A stretch of 58,598 bases of DNA, filler included, from Dirinaria sp. TL-2023a (Eukaryota): NCBI GenBank assembly GCA_051941275.1. It is 3 parts of 3 records of this genome, joined end to end, with 100 filler letters (N's around TTAATTAATTAA, not from the genome) between each part and the next. Parts side by side here need not be neighbours in the genome. Positions count along the whole stretch, not along the records: positions 19,595 to 39,046 come from JAVEBF010000333.1; 2 more parts are not named here. The stretch is one strand, 5' to 3'. Positions 21,883 to 35,427 of this stretch are shown piece after piece. Made by a program: the position numbers and the translations under genes. The first letter of the stretch is position 1, and the number at the start of each line of letters is the position of its first letter. Below the pieces are notes generated by a model, which had not been told where the DNA came from, searched no databases, and saw only the letters and a list, made by a program, of their open reading frames with translations.

Positions 21883-24305
21883 CTACAGATTCGAGGCTAT
21901 TACCTGATTCGCCGCATTCCCCACCAACTTGTGGAAAACGTCAGAGTTGAAGAAAGTAAATTCAGTATCTGCAACGACCAATTTGAACGCGTTTAAAGCG
22001 TCGTTCGGCGGATCCTCTACCCCATTTTCTGTTGCCACATCACTGAGTAGCTGTAGTCCAGAAGCGGTGGCCGTCTGCTTCTCAAACCAGAGGCTGAGAG
22101 CCTTCAGGACCACCAATAGCCAATAAATGTATAAACCAGTCCGCTGTTTGACGCTGGCGCGCAAGTTCGACATGACGCCATCGAGGTACAGCTGGATCTT
22201 CAATTCCTCGCGGGAGAATTTCTTGTCATGCAGCATTTGGACCAGGGTGAAGATGACATGTCCCACTCGAAAAACATGAAAGGCCGGTAAAGTGGCTACT
22301 TCGTCTGGCATGAATTTCAGAAAGCACTCGAGAATGCCATGGATCGAGGAGACCCAGCGTTGATTCGCCAAGCTCTCACCGATCGCGGATTGAATCGACG
22401 TGATGTGCTTATAGACCTCAAGATTGATCCCATGATACGTCATAGTCAGGGCATCTAATTTTGATCCATTAGCAATAGCATTTATAGGTCGTACCTATGG
22501 CTTAGCACAACTTACTGGGTCCGTTTGGCACGGCGATCAGATCTTTGCCTTCTGCTATCTCTCCCTCAGCCTCTAGCAGAGTACCTGTTCCTTCGCCCTT
22601 GCCACTGCGCAATGTATAGCGGCAAGCAGACCTTTCACCACGAGTCCATTGGCAAAGGATCTGATCTGACGCAATTCTCTCGGACGACGACTCCAACAAT
22701 TGGAGGCTTGCGTCGACATTTAGACACTCGGGGTTAACGGGCTGATGGTGAGATCGTCGTATTGCACTACGTATTGCACTCGTCAGCAACAATCAGTACA
22801 GAATCTGATCCTACTGACTTTTTAGCGATGAGGAAATTGCCTAAGCAAGCTCTTGCCCCTTCCAAAAATTCAGTGCTCGAGAGCCGAGTATTGTGGAAAG
22901 CCCAATGGGAGAAGTGAGCGCCATGCGGAGAGGGCTTGCTAATGCCCAAGTCAAATGCCATGGTTCGTGCGATTTCGATGTACGTGTTGTAGATGGGTTC
23001 TCTACCATGATTCGGCCAGTAGTAAAGTGCCAACAGCTGCAACGCTTGTACTAACTCCAGGGATTTGTGCGCTTCGACCAGAATGTGACTGGCCAAGACC
23101 TTCGTAAGCTCAAAGGTAAGCTCAGGCTGGATGTTGGTATCACTTGTAATAGTGATGATGGTCAGGAAGAGCAGGGGGTTCTTTTCGCGCACAGAGCCTG
23201 GATCCACGATCGGAGAGAAAGCGACTATTGGCGTCAGGCCGCTCATATTCCGGACGTAGTGAAGGAAAGCACCAGTAGCAACTGTTGGATCGGGAAAGTA
23301 GTGGTTGAGGATTTGCTCGCACTCGACTTGGGTTTCTGCGAGCGGCGCGTATTCGGTACCTTTAGAGAGCGCTGCACCGCCGGTCAACAGTGGGTCGATG
23401 TTCGCCGATTTCCGAGCACCTGTAGTTGCCTGGGAAGCATACTCGCCGAAGTCGGGCTGCTGTCGAATGGATACGGTTGATTCGTTCTCGCTTTGGTTCG
23501 GATAGGTACCTCCTTCGTCCGAGTAATTGAGTAAGCGCCTTTTGTGGGCGGGCGAGGCAGAATTCGGCGGATACAGAGACTTCTGCTCTGGGAATGTGCC
23601 GTAACTTTCACCCGATAACGGATGAGATCTTTCCTTGGTTTCTGCCGGGGCCATAGTGGCTACTCTGGCTGGCGTGCTGTTTGACTCCCGCACCCCCGTC
23701 CGTGGAGTGCCGTTTTCCCCGTAGCCATCACCTTCGCTTTTTCCAGCCAAAGGGAGATCCCCTCTACCCTGAATGGCCGCATTCAGAGCCTCGATCCTCC
23801 TTTCCAATTCGGCGACTTTCGTGTCCGTTTTCTTCTGCCTTTTCCTACTTGGCTGCGTCACTTGGCACTGACGTCCTGCTTTGATGCATCTCTTACAATC
23901 GCTTGCCTCCGCATCGAATTCGCAGCGGACTTTGAGCCCGCGGCAAGCTTCGCAGGCTCGTGGCCGCTTGGAGTCTGCAGGGGCTTGCCTGTGGCTCTGA
24001 ACGTGTACTATAGATGCATTGTTGCCTTGAGTGAAAGAATTTGCTGGCGGGGCGTTTTGCGACTGGTGTTGATATATATTCCCTGTCGGCACGGTATCTT
24101 GCTGCCAGAATGGAAGACCCGGAGCATGATGCTCATGCTGCCGAGCTTGCTGGGGTTGTAGCTGGTGATGGGATTGTTGCGGAGATGGAGGAGGGAGTCG
24201 GATTGGGGTTAATGAGTAGTGGGAGGGAGGGGCATTGGAGAAGGATTGGATGTGGGATTGAGACGGTTGCTCAGGACCTCGAAGACGAGGATCAATGCCA
24301 TCCAT
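21883..24305 (-). CDS. Zn(II)2Cys6 fungal transcription factor; exons 24305-22819, 22766-22516, 22454-21883
   Basis: RACEACRGLKVRC...CKRCIKAGRQC binuclear cluster, RKRQKK basic segment, middle-homology region (NPLLFLTII, KSLELVQALQLL, SDQILCQW); introns restore the frame. Confidence 0.92.
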
Positions 24306-24353
24306 TGGGAGAAATGGCTGCTAGCTGGGTACTAGGTAGAGCTGGGCAGTCGG

Positions 24354-24383
24354 CACGGAACGGTCTGTCACGGAACGGTCTGT
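24354..24383 (+). repeat. 15-bp perfect tandem duplication (CACGGAACGGTCTGT)x2
   Basis: Read directly; lies 50-80 bp upstream of the Zn2Cys6 gene ATG. Confidence 0.85.
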
Positions 24384-24537
24384 CGGCGGTTGTCACTCAC
24401 CGAGCAGCGAGATTCCATTCACACAGTCTTGGTGGTCCTGGTTGGGTTTAGTTCCCGATCGGGTTATGACGACTGCCACTCGAGCCACTATTCCTCTTTA
24501 GATGGATTCAATGACGTCCCAGGTAGAAGAGCACCAC

Positions 24538-24564
24538 TAAGGTAAGGTAAGGTAAGGTCAGGTA
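24538..24564 (+). repeat. (TAAGG)4 pentamer tract
   Basis: taaggtaaggtaaggtaaggtcaggta read directly, about 240 bp upstream of the Zn2Cys6 gene ATG. Confidence 0.85.
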
Positions 24565-24838
24565 GTAAGATAGTGAGAGAGCAGCTTCTGAGGATCACGA
24601 CGCTTCGTCTCCCGCGATGGAGAACCCATACAACATTATTGATGAGGAACTTGCAAAGGCTGCACGAATACTTTTTGGTGCACTTCTGGACGGAGGTTTT
24701 TTTGCGGAACATGTCCATTATTACCACGACAGACGATACCACCATTATTGAAGATTCACCCCCTCTCTTCGACTTGCCCGCATGGCCCCGGGTTCAAGCG
24801 CTCCAATCAGATGTCTCAAGCTGCGACACTGGTCCGCT

Positions 24839-25471
24839 CTATCCTACTACCAACTCTGCATAGAGCTTGTCAAGTTCGTAACCAATAGTCTCAAATGCAT
24901 CCCCGTATTCCACCCTGTACTGTTCCATCTCCCGTAAGTCGCTCTGCATGGTCCGATAATGGTCTTCGAAGGAGTCGAAATTGGGGAGCTGGGACAAATA
25001 CTCAAGGCTGGCCCTGGCTTCCCCGATGGCCTCGCACGCCTTTTGAAAGCCCTCAAGCTTGACGCTCCGGTCTTCTTCCAGCTGAGAAATACGCCGACGC
25101 AGGCTCTCATTCGCAATTCCACGCGTGTTTCTTTGACTGACTCCTGTATTCGAGGTCGGTCGACCCAGGCTCTCGTTCTCATTACCACGAGCGTCTCGTT
25201 GACTGACCGTTGTGGTCGAGGGATGCCCACTCAGACTCTCATTGTCATTGCCACGGGGGTCTCGTTGACTGACTGGTATGGACGAAGCAAGGCTGTTTGG
25301 TTGATCAAGCGTCGTTGGCGTCGCATCATGATCGTTGTTGCCTGATGTTTGTGGGGGTTGAGGTGTCGTTGCTTCATGAAATGGGCGGCGTGGCGGGCTG
25401 TCTTGATGTTGGCGAAGGGGCGGGCGAAAGACTGGCGCTGCTGGATTGAATGGGGAGTGAGGCGGATTCAT
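24839..25471 (-). CDS. Hypothetical 210-aa protein with three 22-aa internal repeats and a C-terminal helical/coiled-coil region
   Basis: Intronless ATG-initiated ORF; repeats VSQRD(P/A)RGN(D/E)NESL...; no family recognised. Confidence 0.6.
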   Translation of the reverse strand: MNPPHSPFNPAAPVFRPPLRQHQDSPPRRPFHEATTPQPPQTSGNNDHDATPTTLDQPNSLASSIPVSQRDPRGNDNESLSGHPSTTTVSQRDARGNENESLGRPTSNTGVSQRNTRGIANESLRRRISQLEEDRSVKLEGFQKACEAIGEARASLEYLSQLPNFDSFEDHYRTMQSDLREMEQYRVEYGDAFETIGYELDKLYAELVVG

Positions 25472-25833
25472 GTTAGTGAAGCAGTGTTAGAAGGATTTTC
25501 ATCGCCCATCCGAATATCTCAAGACGGTTGCTTCAGGAGGAATTATTCAGGAGGGTTTCCCAGAGAGGGTGGAAGACAGAGCCGGAAGATCGTTTGGTGT
25601 GGAGACTAAGACGAAGAGAATTGTGATCGAGGAAGGATGTGAATGAAAGCACCTTCATTTGGCTATGAAGAACACGTTTTTACTACCATGTGTTGTCTCC
25701 AATAGCTTAGATTATTAGCAACCGATGAAGTACAATTGTCGGATTTAAGAGACTGTTTGTCTACATCCAGGGGCCATGGGTATGATCGGTCTTCCGTTAT
25801 GCTGGATGTAATAGTAGAGGACTCACATCTGGA

Positions 25834-27633
25834 TCATTCATCGCCAGCAATAATATCAGGTATTCGTGCCTCTGGTGCATCCTCCGCTTCATCCTCAAGA
25901 TGGTTTCTAGCCATAGATCGGCTTTGAAACCACACGTATATAATTAATGCAATTCCCACTGTCAGAGCGACAACAATGAGTATAACATTGACAGGTACCG
26001 GATCGCTAGCGAAGCGCTTATGAGTCAAGGCGTCCAAAGCTGACTGCACGAAATTCAATATGCCGGCAAGGCAGATAATGAGACCGTACACCTTTCCAAA
26101 AGTGTGGAAACCAAAGACCTTAGCAGCGTAGTCTGAGACGGCCGTATAGTAGAAGGGCCGGTACAAGACAAAGATAACGACGTTAGCATATGCTGCCCAA
26201 GAGAATGGAAGCACACCGAGGATGCCGATTACTGTCGCTGTGGCCACCAGTACACTAAGGACGAAGATCGTGCTTGTGTTATCCAGGATCAGGCCAATAA
26301 AAGGTACGGATATCAGACCACCCACAGGTAAAGCCACGTCAAATACGTTATTGATCTTCTCGGCCAAAGCATAGTCATTCAAGATATAATCGTATTGGCT
26401 CCTGATGGTGGCGACAAAATAGTTTATCCGTGTCATTTGTACGACGGTAAAGAGCGTGATCAAGATGAACCAAGGTGACCCGATCTGCTGCAACGCTGAC
26501 CGGCCGTGCTGAGCACCGTAAACTCCACTGATAGCTTTCTTCTCCTGCTCTTCCTCTTGTTGCCTGCTCGCACCTTTATTGCCGAGAAGAGACGTTACCT
26601 CGGAAACAACAGCCTCTCTATGCATGCGACGCTGCTCTCGGATCTGAAGTACCTGCTGCTCATTGTGGTTTTCCCAATCGGCGGAATCCGAATCGTTGTC
26701 CGGATCCTCAGCATGTGTGACGAGTTCACCAACGGTCTTGTAAGACCGCGATGGCATTAAGAATACCTGAACCAACAGAATATATACAGGAACTACCAGA
26801 TACGCGAAAAAGAATTTACGTGGGGTAAAGGAGCCGTCCGAAGCGGAATACAGAAGCCGATAGAATAAAAAAATGGCACTTGACGAATCGAAAGCACCGG
26901 TCAGAATTGCGAGAATAAGGCCTGAGTGATTAGGAAAGGTGTTGGACAGCTGAAACGAGGAGATGAAAACGAAAGGTCCACCTAGTGCAAGGAACAAATA
27001 GCCCGGTATGTAGCCGTCGAACGGTAGCTGCGCAGCGAGAGCGAGCAGTACGGTGCCAATTGTGAGTAAGACGCTGCCGACAATGCCGCTGACTCGAGGC
27101 CCATACCTGTCAAGGACTGTTCCCACAGGGAGCGCGCAGACATTCGTTGCCACTGCAGCAATCGTGAACATGAGATTAAGCCTGATGTACTTTCTTTAGC
27201 ATGCACCGGGTCCGCCCAGATCCGTGCTCGAATCGTACCGGATCTCTTGTTCGTAACAGGTCCTATCAATGGAGCTTATAGCCATAGAGGGGCAGTATTC
27301 CCCGTATACCCCTTCCTTTACGAAGACCGGTTTAATGGCGGCGTAACCGAAAACCACGCCGGCGGAGAGGAGGCAGTAGACAACGGCGACAGCCACTTGC
27401 ACTGATATTCGGAATGCTTAGCAGGGGCAACGACTCAAGCATGCTAGCTGGACCTGCTCACCTATTCGCTTAGTCTTGGAGACTTCAAAGGCTCCAATCG
27501 GTTCCTCCTTGGCCGCTGGGGGTAATTGTGTGGCCACCGGGTTCAAGGACATCTTGCGGTATTCGGTTCTTGCAGGGGATGAGCCACGTACATGCTCGTA
27601 CGAGCCCATCGAGCTGACACGGTGCAAAGACAT
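25834..27633 (-). CDS. FMP42: MFS transporter, Fmp42/SLC43 (LAT3)-like; exons 27633-27462, 27401-27239, 27181-25834
   Basis: QVAVAVVYCLLSAGVVFGYAAIKPV, LPVGTVLDRYGPR (MFS motif A), LTGAFDSSS, QMTRINYFVATI, RPFYYTAVSDYAAKVFGFHTFGKVYG; about 12 TM segments. Confidence 0.88.
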
Positions 27634-28303
27634 CTTGAGAGGATGTGGATCAATATTCAGGGAAGGTCCAGTTACCCCACAGCACCGTTGTGTGAGGGGT
27701 AACAGATGGGTTTTGGTCAGTACATGTAGAGCAAGGGAGTCGTCCGATAGAGAAAAAGGAAAAAAGTCCAGCACGTCGTGAAATGCAATTATGATGAAAG
27801 AAAAGTACGGTAGTGCAAGGAAATGTCAAGTAAATGTAAGGTAGGGAATATTGATGGGCGTAAGTACAGTAGTTTGAGAGGGGTAAATCGCAGGTGATGC
27901 GATGACGTCCAATTATCATTCGGATCCTCTGGCACGATTTGCACGACTGCATGTTTGATCCTTCCAGACCCTGCCAAGCTTTGGAGCTTTGGAGCTTTCT
28001 GCCTTTCCTCCCCCACCCCCACATCCAGCCCCCCAATCAGGCTCGGGGTTGGCCTCTAACTGAGACTACGGCGTACCTTAAGGTACAGTAGCTCGAGGGC
28101 CGTTTGATTTCCTGAGCTTGCCAAGACGCCTAGAGAAACCAGCTGGCAGCGTCCCAACATGACGGGATGCAAATAATAATTAACCTAATGGCAAAACCTC
28201 GTAAAAGTGCAGGAAAGTTCATTCCAGGGATCATAAACGGAGCCAGACATCCAAACCCGATCCTCCGCTAAAATGACGGACGGAAATTCTCCAATGCTGA
28301 ACT

Positions 28304-30337
28304 TCAAAGCCCACCCTGATGGACAGGGCATGATCCAGGGCCCTTCGTATCCCACCATTGACGTATGCACGCCTAAACATCCCATACCCAGTCAGCGGTT
28401 GGCCACGCCAAAAAGTAAAGAGCACCTTCTTCTGGCTAAGGATACCTTACTTACCTTGTGGAACTTGCATAAACATTCCAACCGGCCCATCTCGTCTCCA
28501 ACGGCAAATTCTTCAAAGCATATCACGCACTCCTGAGCGCCTTCTCCATCCTCGCCCACACAGTCCTTCTCGCTCGCGCGGTAAACCACCATACCGGTAG
28601 TGCGGCGTCGTTGTGCAAAGGACGGAGAGGGAAGGCTGCCCGAGCCATCGTGGAGGCCTGCAATGCTCCCTGCTTGCGAAGGCGTGGCCGCCGACGCAGC
28701 CACCGCAGCTTCTGTCGCGGCGCTGGGTGGTGGATGAGCGGTACTGGGCCCTGAAGTGGAGAAGTGCGCTTCGATGCATTCAGTCACATGTTGCTCTCGA
28801 GCCGTTTCGGAACCATTCGGGCCCTTGGGAGGAAGGGCGGAATGACAAATCGGGCACTCATCTTCTTCACGTAACTGAGGTGGAGGAAGTGGCCGCGGTT
28901 GAGGAAATGGTGCCGCGTCCATCATGGATCGGTGAGGGTAATAGTCAGGAAAGCTTCCCATAGAGGCATGGTGTCGGTGTTGGTGACGAGATGGTCGATT
29001 CTCGCGTAGTAAAGCTGCCAATTGGCGCTGCATCTAGGTCAATTATATTGCTTCTCAAATGCGGTTCATTTCACCCACGTTGTGTAGCGTCGAGTCTGGT
29101 GCAGAACCATACGCAGATGTGTGAATAGGAAGATCTGATACCCGCGCTAATGTTTGCGAACCGTGGCGCTGTCAAGGATTAGTGATAGTTGTCAAACAGC
29201 CTCATGAGCCACAGATTGGAGAGAGCGAACCTGAGAACTTGGAGGTCGGCCCATGTCGTAGTTACGTTGCCCCGAGGTTCCCATATTAGACTGCGGTAGC
29301 AATCGATGCTGCATAGAGCTGCTACGAGGCGGCGCAATAGAGCTGGAGGTATTTTGAGCGGCGGATTCCGGCCTCGGAAACGAGTCGAGTGAAGTTCGGG
29401 CAGGCGAAGCATAGAGATGAGGCAAAGGATTGGGATCAGGCACGCAGGGGTTGCACAATCGAACCTCCCGTCCACCGCCTAATGCTGGGTCCAGATGGCG
29501 ATCACGGCCCTGCCGTCGGTTCCTCTGATCTGGGACGTGCGATGGTGCCCTGGTACTGTCTTCACCGTCTTCCGTAAGATCAATGACTTCAGTGGCTGGG
29601 CCAGTCCTTGCAGTTGGACCTGGGTCGGACTGGTCAGGAGGGTGAACAATATATTGACGTGGTATGGTGATGCGGTGAGGAGAGCAATTGGCACAAACGA
29701 CGCGGCCGCATTTCCTGCAATGGTGTTTCCTGTACCAAAAACTGAAGGTGATTCCGCATATCGGGCATTTAGTTACCTCAGCATCAGGTTGCCACCCAGG
29801 AAGCGCGACATCTCGGCTTAGAAGAGACTCTGTCCCAAAACTTGGTCGTCGGAGAGGTGACCCCTGGGAATGCCTCCGATCTACACTTTCGCCGACTGAG
29901 AGTGGAGAGATAGTGTGATCGCTCGCCGGATACGGCACATCAAGCCTTCTCCTAGCGCTGGGAAGCTGGCCGAAAAGGACGTTACTAGATGATCTTCTCC
30001 GTGTGCTGTCAATGTGCTGATCTGTGAGCCTTCGCTTTCTATCAGCTGCCATCATCGCAGCTCTCCTTATGGGTATTGGGGACCGCTCTTGATCACCCCG
30101 GTCCGTTCCGGAATGTCGAAGGAAGTCTATCCAGGTCTCGCCATCTTCTAAGATCTGCTCATTAAACGTCCGTGTGTGATGGGATATTACATCGCCGTCA
30201 CTGTGTCCTCTTCTAAGGATGTCCCCGCTTCTATTGTTCCTGCCTTCCACAGCGCTCCGTATCGCATCCGTGGTAGAGCGGCTAGACCCTCGGCTAAAGT
30301 CTCCCCTTGAACTGAAATTCCCCAGAGGAGAGTCCAT
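28304..30337 (-). CDS. PIB1: FYVE and RING-H2 domain E3 ligase (Pib1-like); exons 30337-29231, 29168-29079, 29033-28455, 28372-28304
   Basis: FYVE WQPD...CPIC...RKHHCRKCGRVVCANC...CNPC; C-terminal RING CVICFEEF...CLCKFHK|ACIRQWW...CPVH. Confidence 0.88.
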
Positions 30338-31521
30338 AAAGGTTCCCAATACTAGCCTAGATCTTTTTCTTGCCCGCCCACTCGGTGGTGAAAGCTGATG
30401 CCGCCGACGCTCCAGCTTGCGATTGTGCAGAAGTTTGGGAAAAGGTGGTGTTCGAATGTCTAACTAGACGCCTCACGAGGATGCTGGGTCGGGACTGCTC
30501 TGTAGGGTGCAGGGCTTGCCGAGACGGATGTAGAGTCGCACAGGTGGAAAGAAAATTTGGCAGCTGCGTGATCCTGGATATAGGAGTCTATACTGTGACA
30601 CGATGTAGGATGCTGATGGCTGCGCTAGGCCCGCAATGCTGTCGTTGTTAGCCAGACTGGAGAATGACGAAGCCGGTCGAAGCCTGTCTAACCTACTGAA
30701 ATTACCAAGAGTTTCAGGTTTTTACGTGACTGAGTGATGAATGGGCTTCGAAAGAATTATTTGTTTCGTTCTCACATCGATTTGAAGTTCCTCTGAGAGT
30801 CTGTGGTCCAGCAGCAACGCGCGCAGCGGTCGCACCAGGCCCAAATCTGCCTCACACCCTCATGTCTCAGGGTTATCTTAGGTTTAGCCCATATTTTGGC
30901 ATCAGGTAAACAGTAAGGTACAAGTAAGGTCATTTCAAACTCATCAGCAGCAACTCATGATAAAAATGTATCAACAAAATGACGATGGACTAATCCTCCA
31001 AAGCGAAGCGCCATTGCTGCACAGGTAAATCGTGAACATTGTAGTAGCACAACAGTAAGACAGCGCTAAAAAGACCATTCGAATAACAAAACGAAATGAG
31101 AGTAATGCACTGCAAGGTTCTGCCCTCTCTCTGGGAATTATGTTGCTCTATTATGTACGGCTACAGATCGTCACATCATGATTTATAATATAAAACGAGT
31201 ACTCCCCTTATGCCGCTGAGCACATATGATACAACCATAAACAAACCCTCAACCCCGTGCTCATACAGTTGTCCGCACCACCTTGATACTGTACGCTTTT
31301 TACCATGTCCTTTCGCCTAAACATAGCGCCGATTGTATGCATAGCTTTCCATGGCGCTCAAGAAGCTCTCCAGCACTAACGTTCTTTCTCACAATGACGG
31401 AGTTCCGTATCGTGCCGCGGATCAGCATCCAGTCACATGTATTATGCCATGGAACGTCATGACAGGGCGAGTGATGCAAGCCATTGGTTGAGGAAGGCCG
31501 CTTGGGGTTTGGGCTTACGCT

Positions 31522-34500
31522 TCAATGAGGAGGCTCATCGACCAATTCCGCGCTGGAGCCCTGGTGTGTTGGATCGTCAGGACTCGCTGTGTGGATGTTG
31601 TCACTCGTCCGATGCTGCTGCACAAATCCCATGCTCTGAGGGCGATCTTGGCGGGTGTCTGGAGCAAGAAAGCCCAATGCAGAGGAAGGGTTTCTTGTTT
31701 GGGTTGCCGCACCTTGAAGGTCGTCGTCTTCGTTGGTAGGGATCAGTAAACTGGAATTGGCGGATGATGCCGCGCCTGCTGAGCGCCGAACATCCTGTAT
31801 AGGGGAGAGATGCGTTTCGAAGGGTAGCCGATTGACCATGCCATCCAGTGGTTGCCGCCTTTGCTGTGAACCTCGACCAGAAGTATTCAGTCTTCCTAAG
31901 CGTTGAGTAGCGCTTTGAGATGAATGTGATATTGTTGAGAGCGGAACGGCTTCATTAGTACCACCGCCGAAGTCACCATGTTGAGAATGCCTCCTTGAGC
32001 TCTTCCGAGGGACGCTCGGCGGTGCTCTCCTGGAGCTCTCTCTCATAGGTGCAGAGCTTGTCCGAGAGTGCATACGGCTTGGCAGTTCTATACTTCCACC
32101 TGTTTCAATAGTCGGTAGTGCCGGTGGAAATGGCGACACCTGGCTTTCACGGTTGCCGAGGGAAAATTCATCTTCAGAGATGGCCTTACCTTCAGACTCC
32201 TCGTCACTAGCAAGAGGACTGGGCTGGTCTTCCATGGGAAGATGTCTGGTGCCACCGCCCACCGCGTCGCCCTCGTCACTCAGCGCTAGATCGCGGCTTC
32301 TCTCCACGGCAGGCCCGGGTGCGTCAGAATAGCCCGCTTCATCCTCGAGCACCAAGGCCCCCGACGGCGTTCGACGAGCTGGCGGCGCACGTGAACTTCT
32401 GACAACTTCGAATCCTTTACCAGAGTCCTTCGTCTTGCCGCCGAAAAGACTTTTAAGCCATCCCGTGGCCGAAGATACGGGACCAGTTGGATCTGCCGGT
32501 CCAGTCTTCAGCCGACGAGTCGGGAGGTTGGACAAAGCAGGTCCCCGAACGCCATAGTAAAAGTCGACCTCTCGAGTAGCATAGTCGGTCTTGGAGCGTC
32601 TCGGATCATCAGCATTCGAGTCTGATCGCTCCCGTGCCGTGCCAAGGTGTGCAGGAACAGGCGTCCCTCGCCCAGAGATTGAAGGCCCCTCCATATAGTT
32701 AGGGGAGCCCTCGTTTGGGGGATCGTGCTGGCTCCATCTCCGATTTGCCAAATCGCCACTTGTCCACGATCCCCTGCTCGGTGCACCCGGCGTGTACGCA
32801 TCTACAGTTGGCCTTCGAGGTCTGGGCGGGCGATAGTAAGGATCAGCAGCCTCGGCGTTCTTCAAATTAACGATGCCTGCCCCAGATGACCCTCCCTGGC
32901 CAGCTACCTGGCTTGCACCGGCAAGGTATGAGAATGCACTTGTGGTACCGCCGGTGGATGGTGTGTAAGGGGCGCTTTCGCTATCCACTTGATGAAGCGC
33001 CGCGCCAGAGGCACTGACAGAATCAAGACCCATACTCCGGCGAGGATCACTGGGGTTCTGCTTGTTCAGTAGGATGGCTGAGCTTGCAGACAAGCTACGC
33101 GATCTGCCACCGTTCATTTGAAAGGACTTCTGGTCACCATCAGGGCCAAGCATAGCTGCGTCGGACGCAATGCTGTGGCGAACTTGACCACGTCTCCGAG
33201 GATTGCGCCTGGAAAGCTGGCGCATGCCGAACACCTGCAGGTTGGACGAGATTCAGCACCAGAGTATAGCAATATAAGAGGGCATAGTGGGTAATATGAT
33301 GGACATGTGTCAATGATTCATACCTTGACTAGCCCTCCTCTAGCCGCACCTCCGTCGACTCCTTCTTCGCCACCAGCACCTGCCAATCGAGCAATGACTT
33401 CAATCAAGGTTTGACAAGCATTTAGGAAGAAGCCAAACACAAGCACAATGGCATGCAATAGGAGAATAACGTAACCTATCCACCCTCTGACCGCAGCACG
33501 GACGTTGAGCGACGTCAGAAAAGCAACGCTCAACAAGACTGACAAAAGTCTGGCTGCAGCGAAGAAAGTGTGAAAGGCGTTCATGGAGGTAGGTGAGTGG
33601 AATGGGCGGAAAGCGTTAAGTGTCAATATTGTAATGACCTCGCAGATGGCTAATAAGACCAGTTGGGCAATACCCGAGGGCTGAACTGCACCTATCGTAA
33701 TTCCCCTGACGAAGGTGAGCATAACAGGAATCAGAGCAAAGGTTGCGGCATCGTCAGAGTAGGTGTTGTACAAAGGGCCATAGAGCAGTACTGTCGGCAG
33801 ATCGTCGAACAGATATGACCTAGGGCGTGTCGACGCTATGAACCACAGTAGCCAAGCAGCGAATAATACTAGGGCGACGATGGTTATCGCTGCGAGAGCT
33901 ACCGTGACAGTCGGAGAATGGTGCGCCACGACGAGTTGATACATTGAGAGAGCGACGATCGGCAGCAGGAAGTAATTGAACACAATCCGTATGGCGTTCC
34001 CAATACTGAACGGTGCGTTCTTCGCGCGCAGGTCCTCGTTCTGTGTGTTGGAGACAAAACGGTAGACCCATCGACCTACGAAGCCGAGCTGAATAAGGAC
34101 AACCACGGCAGCGATAATCACTAGAAGCCACACCGCCATGCCAGCCCAGATATCTTCATCGTGTGTCATGCCTACCAGCTGACTCATCCTGTCAATGCCA
34201 TAGGAGCCATTCGTTTTATATATACCGTCGACGAGGCTTTGTGTCCCATTTCCGTGACTGACGAAGCTTTCATTGAACATGAGCGCAGACCAACTAACTT
34301 GACTGACTGCAGGTTGGTAGAAACCCGGGTAATTCAGGCTCAAAGATCCAGCAAGGACAATGAATTGAATGTACTGTAAACAGTCTCCAAAGCCAGGTGT
34401 AACGAGTCTGAGTAGGTCTGCGTCTCTTCCGTAGTTGCTCGTAAAACGAAAAACGTCAGTCGAACCCCACGGGCTAAAGATCGCCGCACACGCAGTGGCA

Positions 34501-35427
34501 ATCGCAACGAAAATCAGGACGACGAGCGGAATATACGTCAAGACGTTGCTGAGTGTGGTTCCTAGCTCTGGGGTAATCTCAGCATTGATGCATGCTAAGA
34601 TGGCAGCATTCGCATCGCCAGATTTGATTTTGAAATTTGTACTGAACGTGGTGAAGGCATAGCTGGAGTAGAGATCGTGCGCTACGGAGAAGCCACGGAG
34701 CTGATCGGGATTTGCGCTGCTAGAATCTTGGTTTAGTGTCTGGTTGCTTTGTACAAGTTGCACTGGGGAGCTGAACTCACGCATTGAATACTGGAGATAT
34801 TGGGCATTTTGTCTGGGGTAGAGTGGTGTTGCAAAACCTAGCTAGAGGAGCATCATACGGCGTGTAATCCAAGACGTTGAATTGAGCTTCTAGTGTAGTA
34901 GCAAGATTGGTTGATTTGCTCACATCCACGATTTTGCCCACAGTATCATTTGGGTTATTCCACTGAGGATCGTCCCATTGCGGATAGGGTTGTTGAGTTG
35001 CGATCCCTGATACATTGCCATAGATTGTGACATTGAGACCGTGGCTGCGGGAGGATGTATTGAATGAAGCCCAAACCCACTGCGGTGTGAACTTCAGCAG
35101 GTCTGAGTTGACGGTGTTTGGACTTAGGCAGTTGTCGAAAGTGTTTATGAAGGCGCCGTTTGAGGTGTTTGTAAGGGCCAGTAGGGATAGCAGGAAGACC
35201 TGCAAAACATTACTGATTGAGAATCCACGGCATCTGCTGCCTGACTGTCGTATGAGTGTCGATGATCGCAACGACCGGCCAGCGTCCCCAACCGGGCTGC
35301 ATCTCGCGTCCTTCCATCTTCGTATTTGTTTTGCTGTGCCTGTGCAGCTACTACATCTTGTTCTTGCCGCGTCGCGGCCTGCCGAAGGAAGAAACGGTTG
35401 ACCAAGCGAGCGGGTCTGCGTATCCAT
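31522..35427 (-). CDS. ML-like (TRP_N) plus TRP-like multi-pass membrane protein, FLC/Pkd2 family; exons 35427-34781, 34719-33324, 33234-31522
   Basis: Hydrophobic leader, luminal Cys-containing domain, TPGFGDCLQYIQF...LSLNYPGFYQP, LLYGPLYNTY, many TM helices, long Ser/Arg-rich cytosolic tail (DYATREVDFYYGVRGPAL, KGFEVVRS). Confidence 0.85.

Noticed and set aside
21883..24305. Zn2Cys6 factor as regulator of the FAS/P450 cluster
   Set aside because: About 16 kb away, on a different contig, among conserved non-cluster genes.
5959..35427. Apparent calcium-signalling cluster (SARAF, calcineurin B, FLC/TRP-like)
   Set aside because: Interspersed with unrelated genes and split by an artificial contig spacer.
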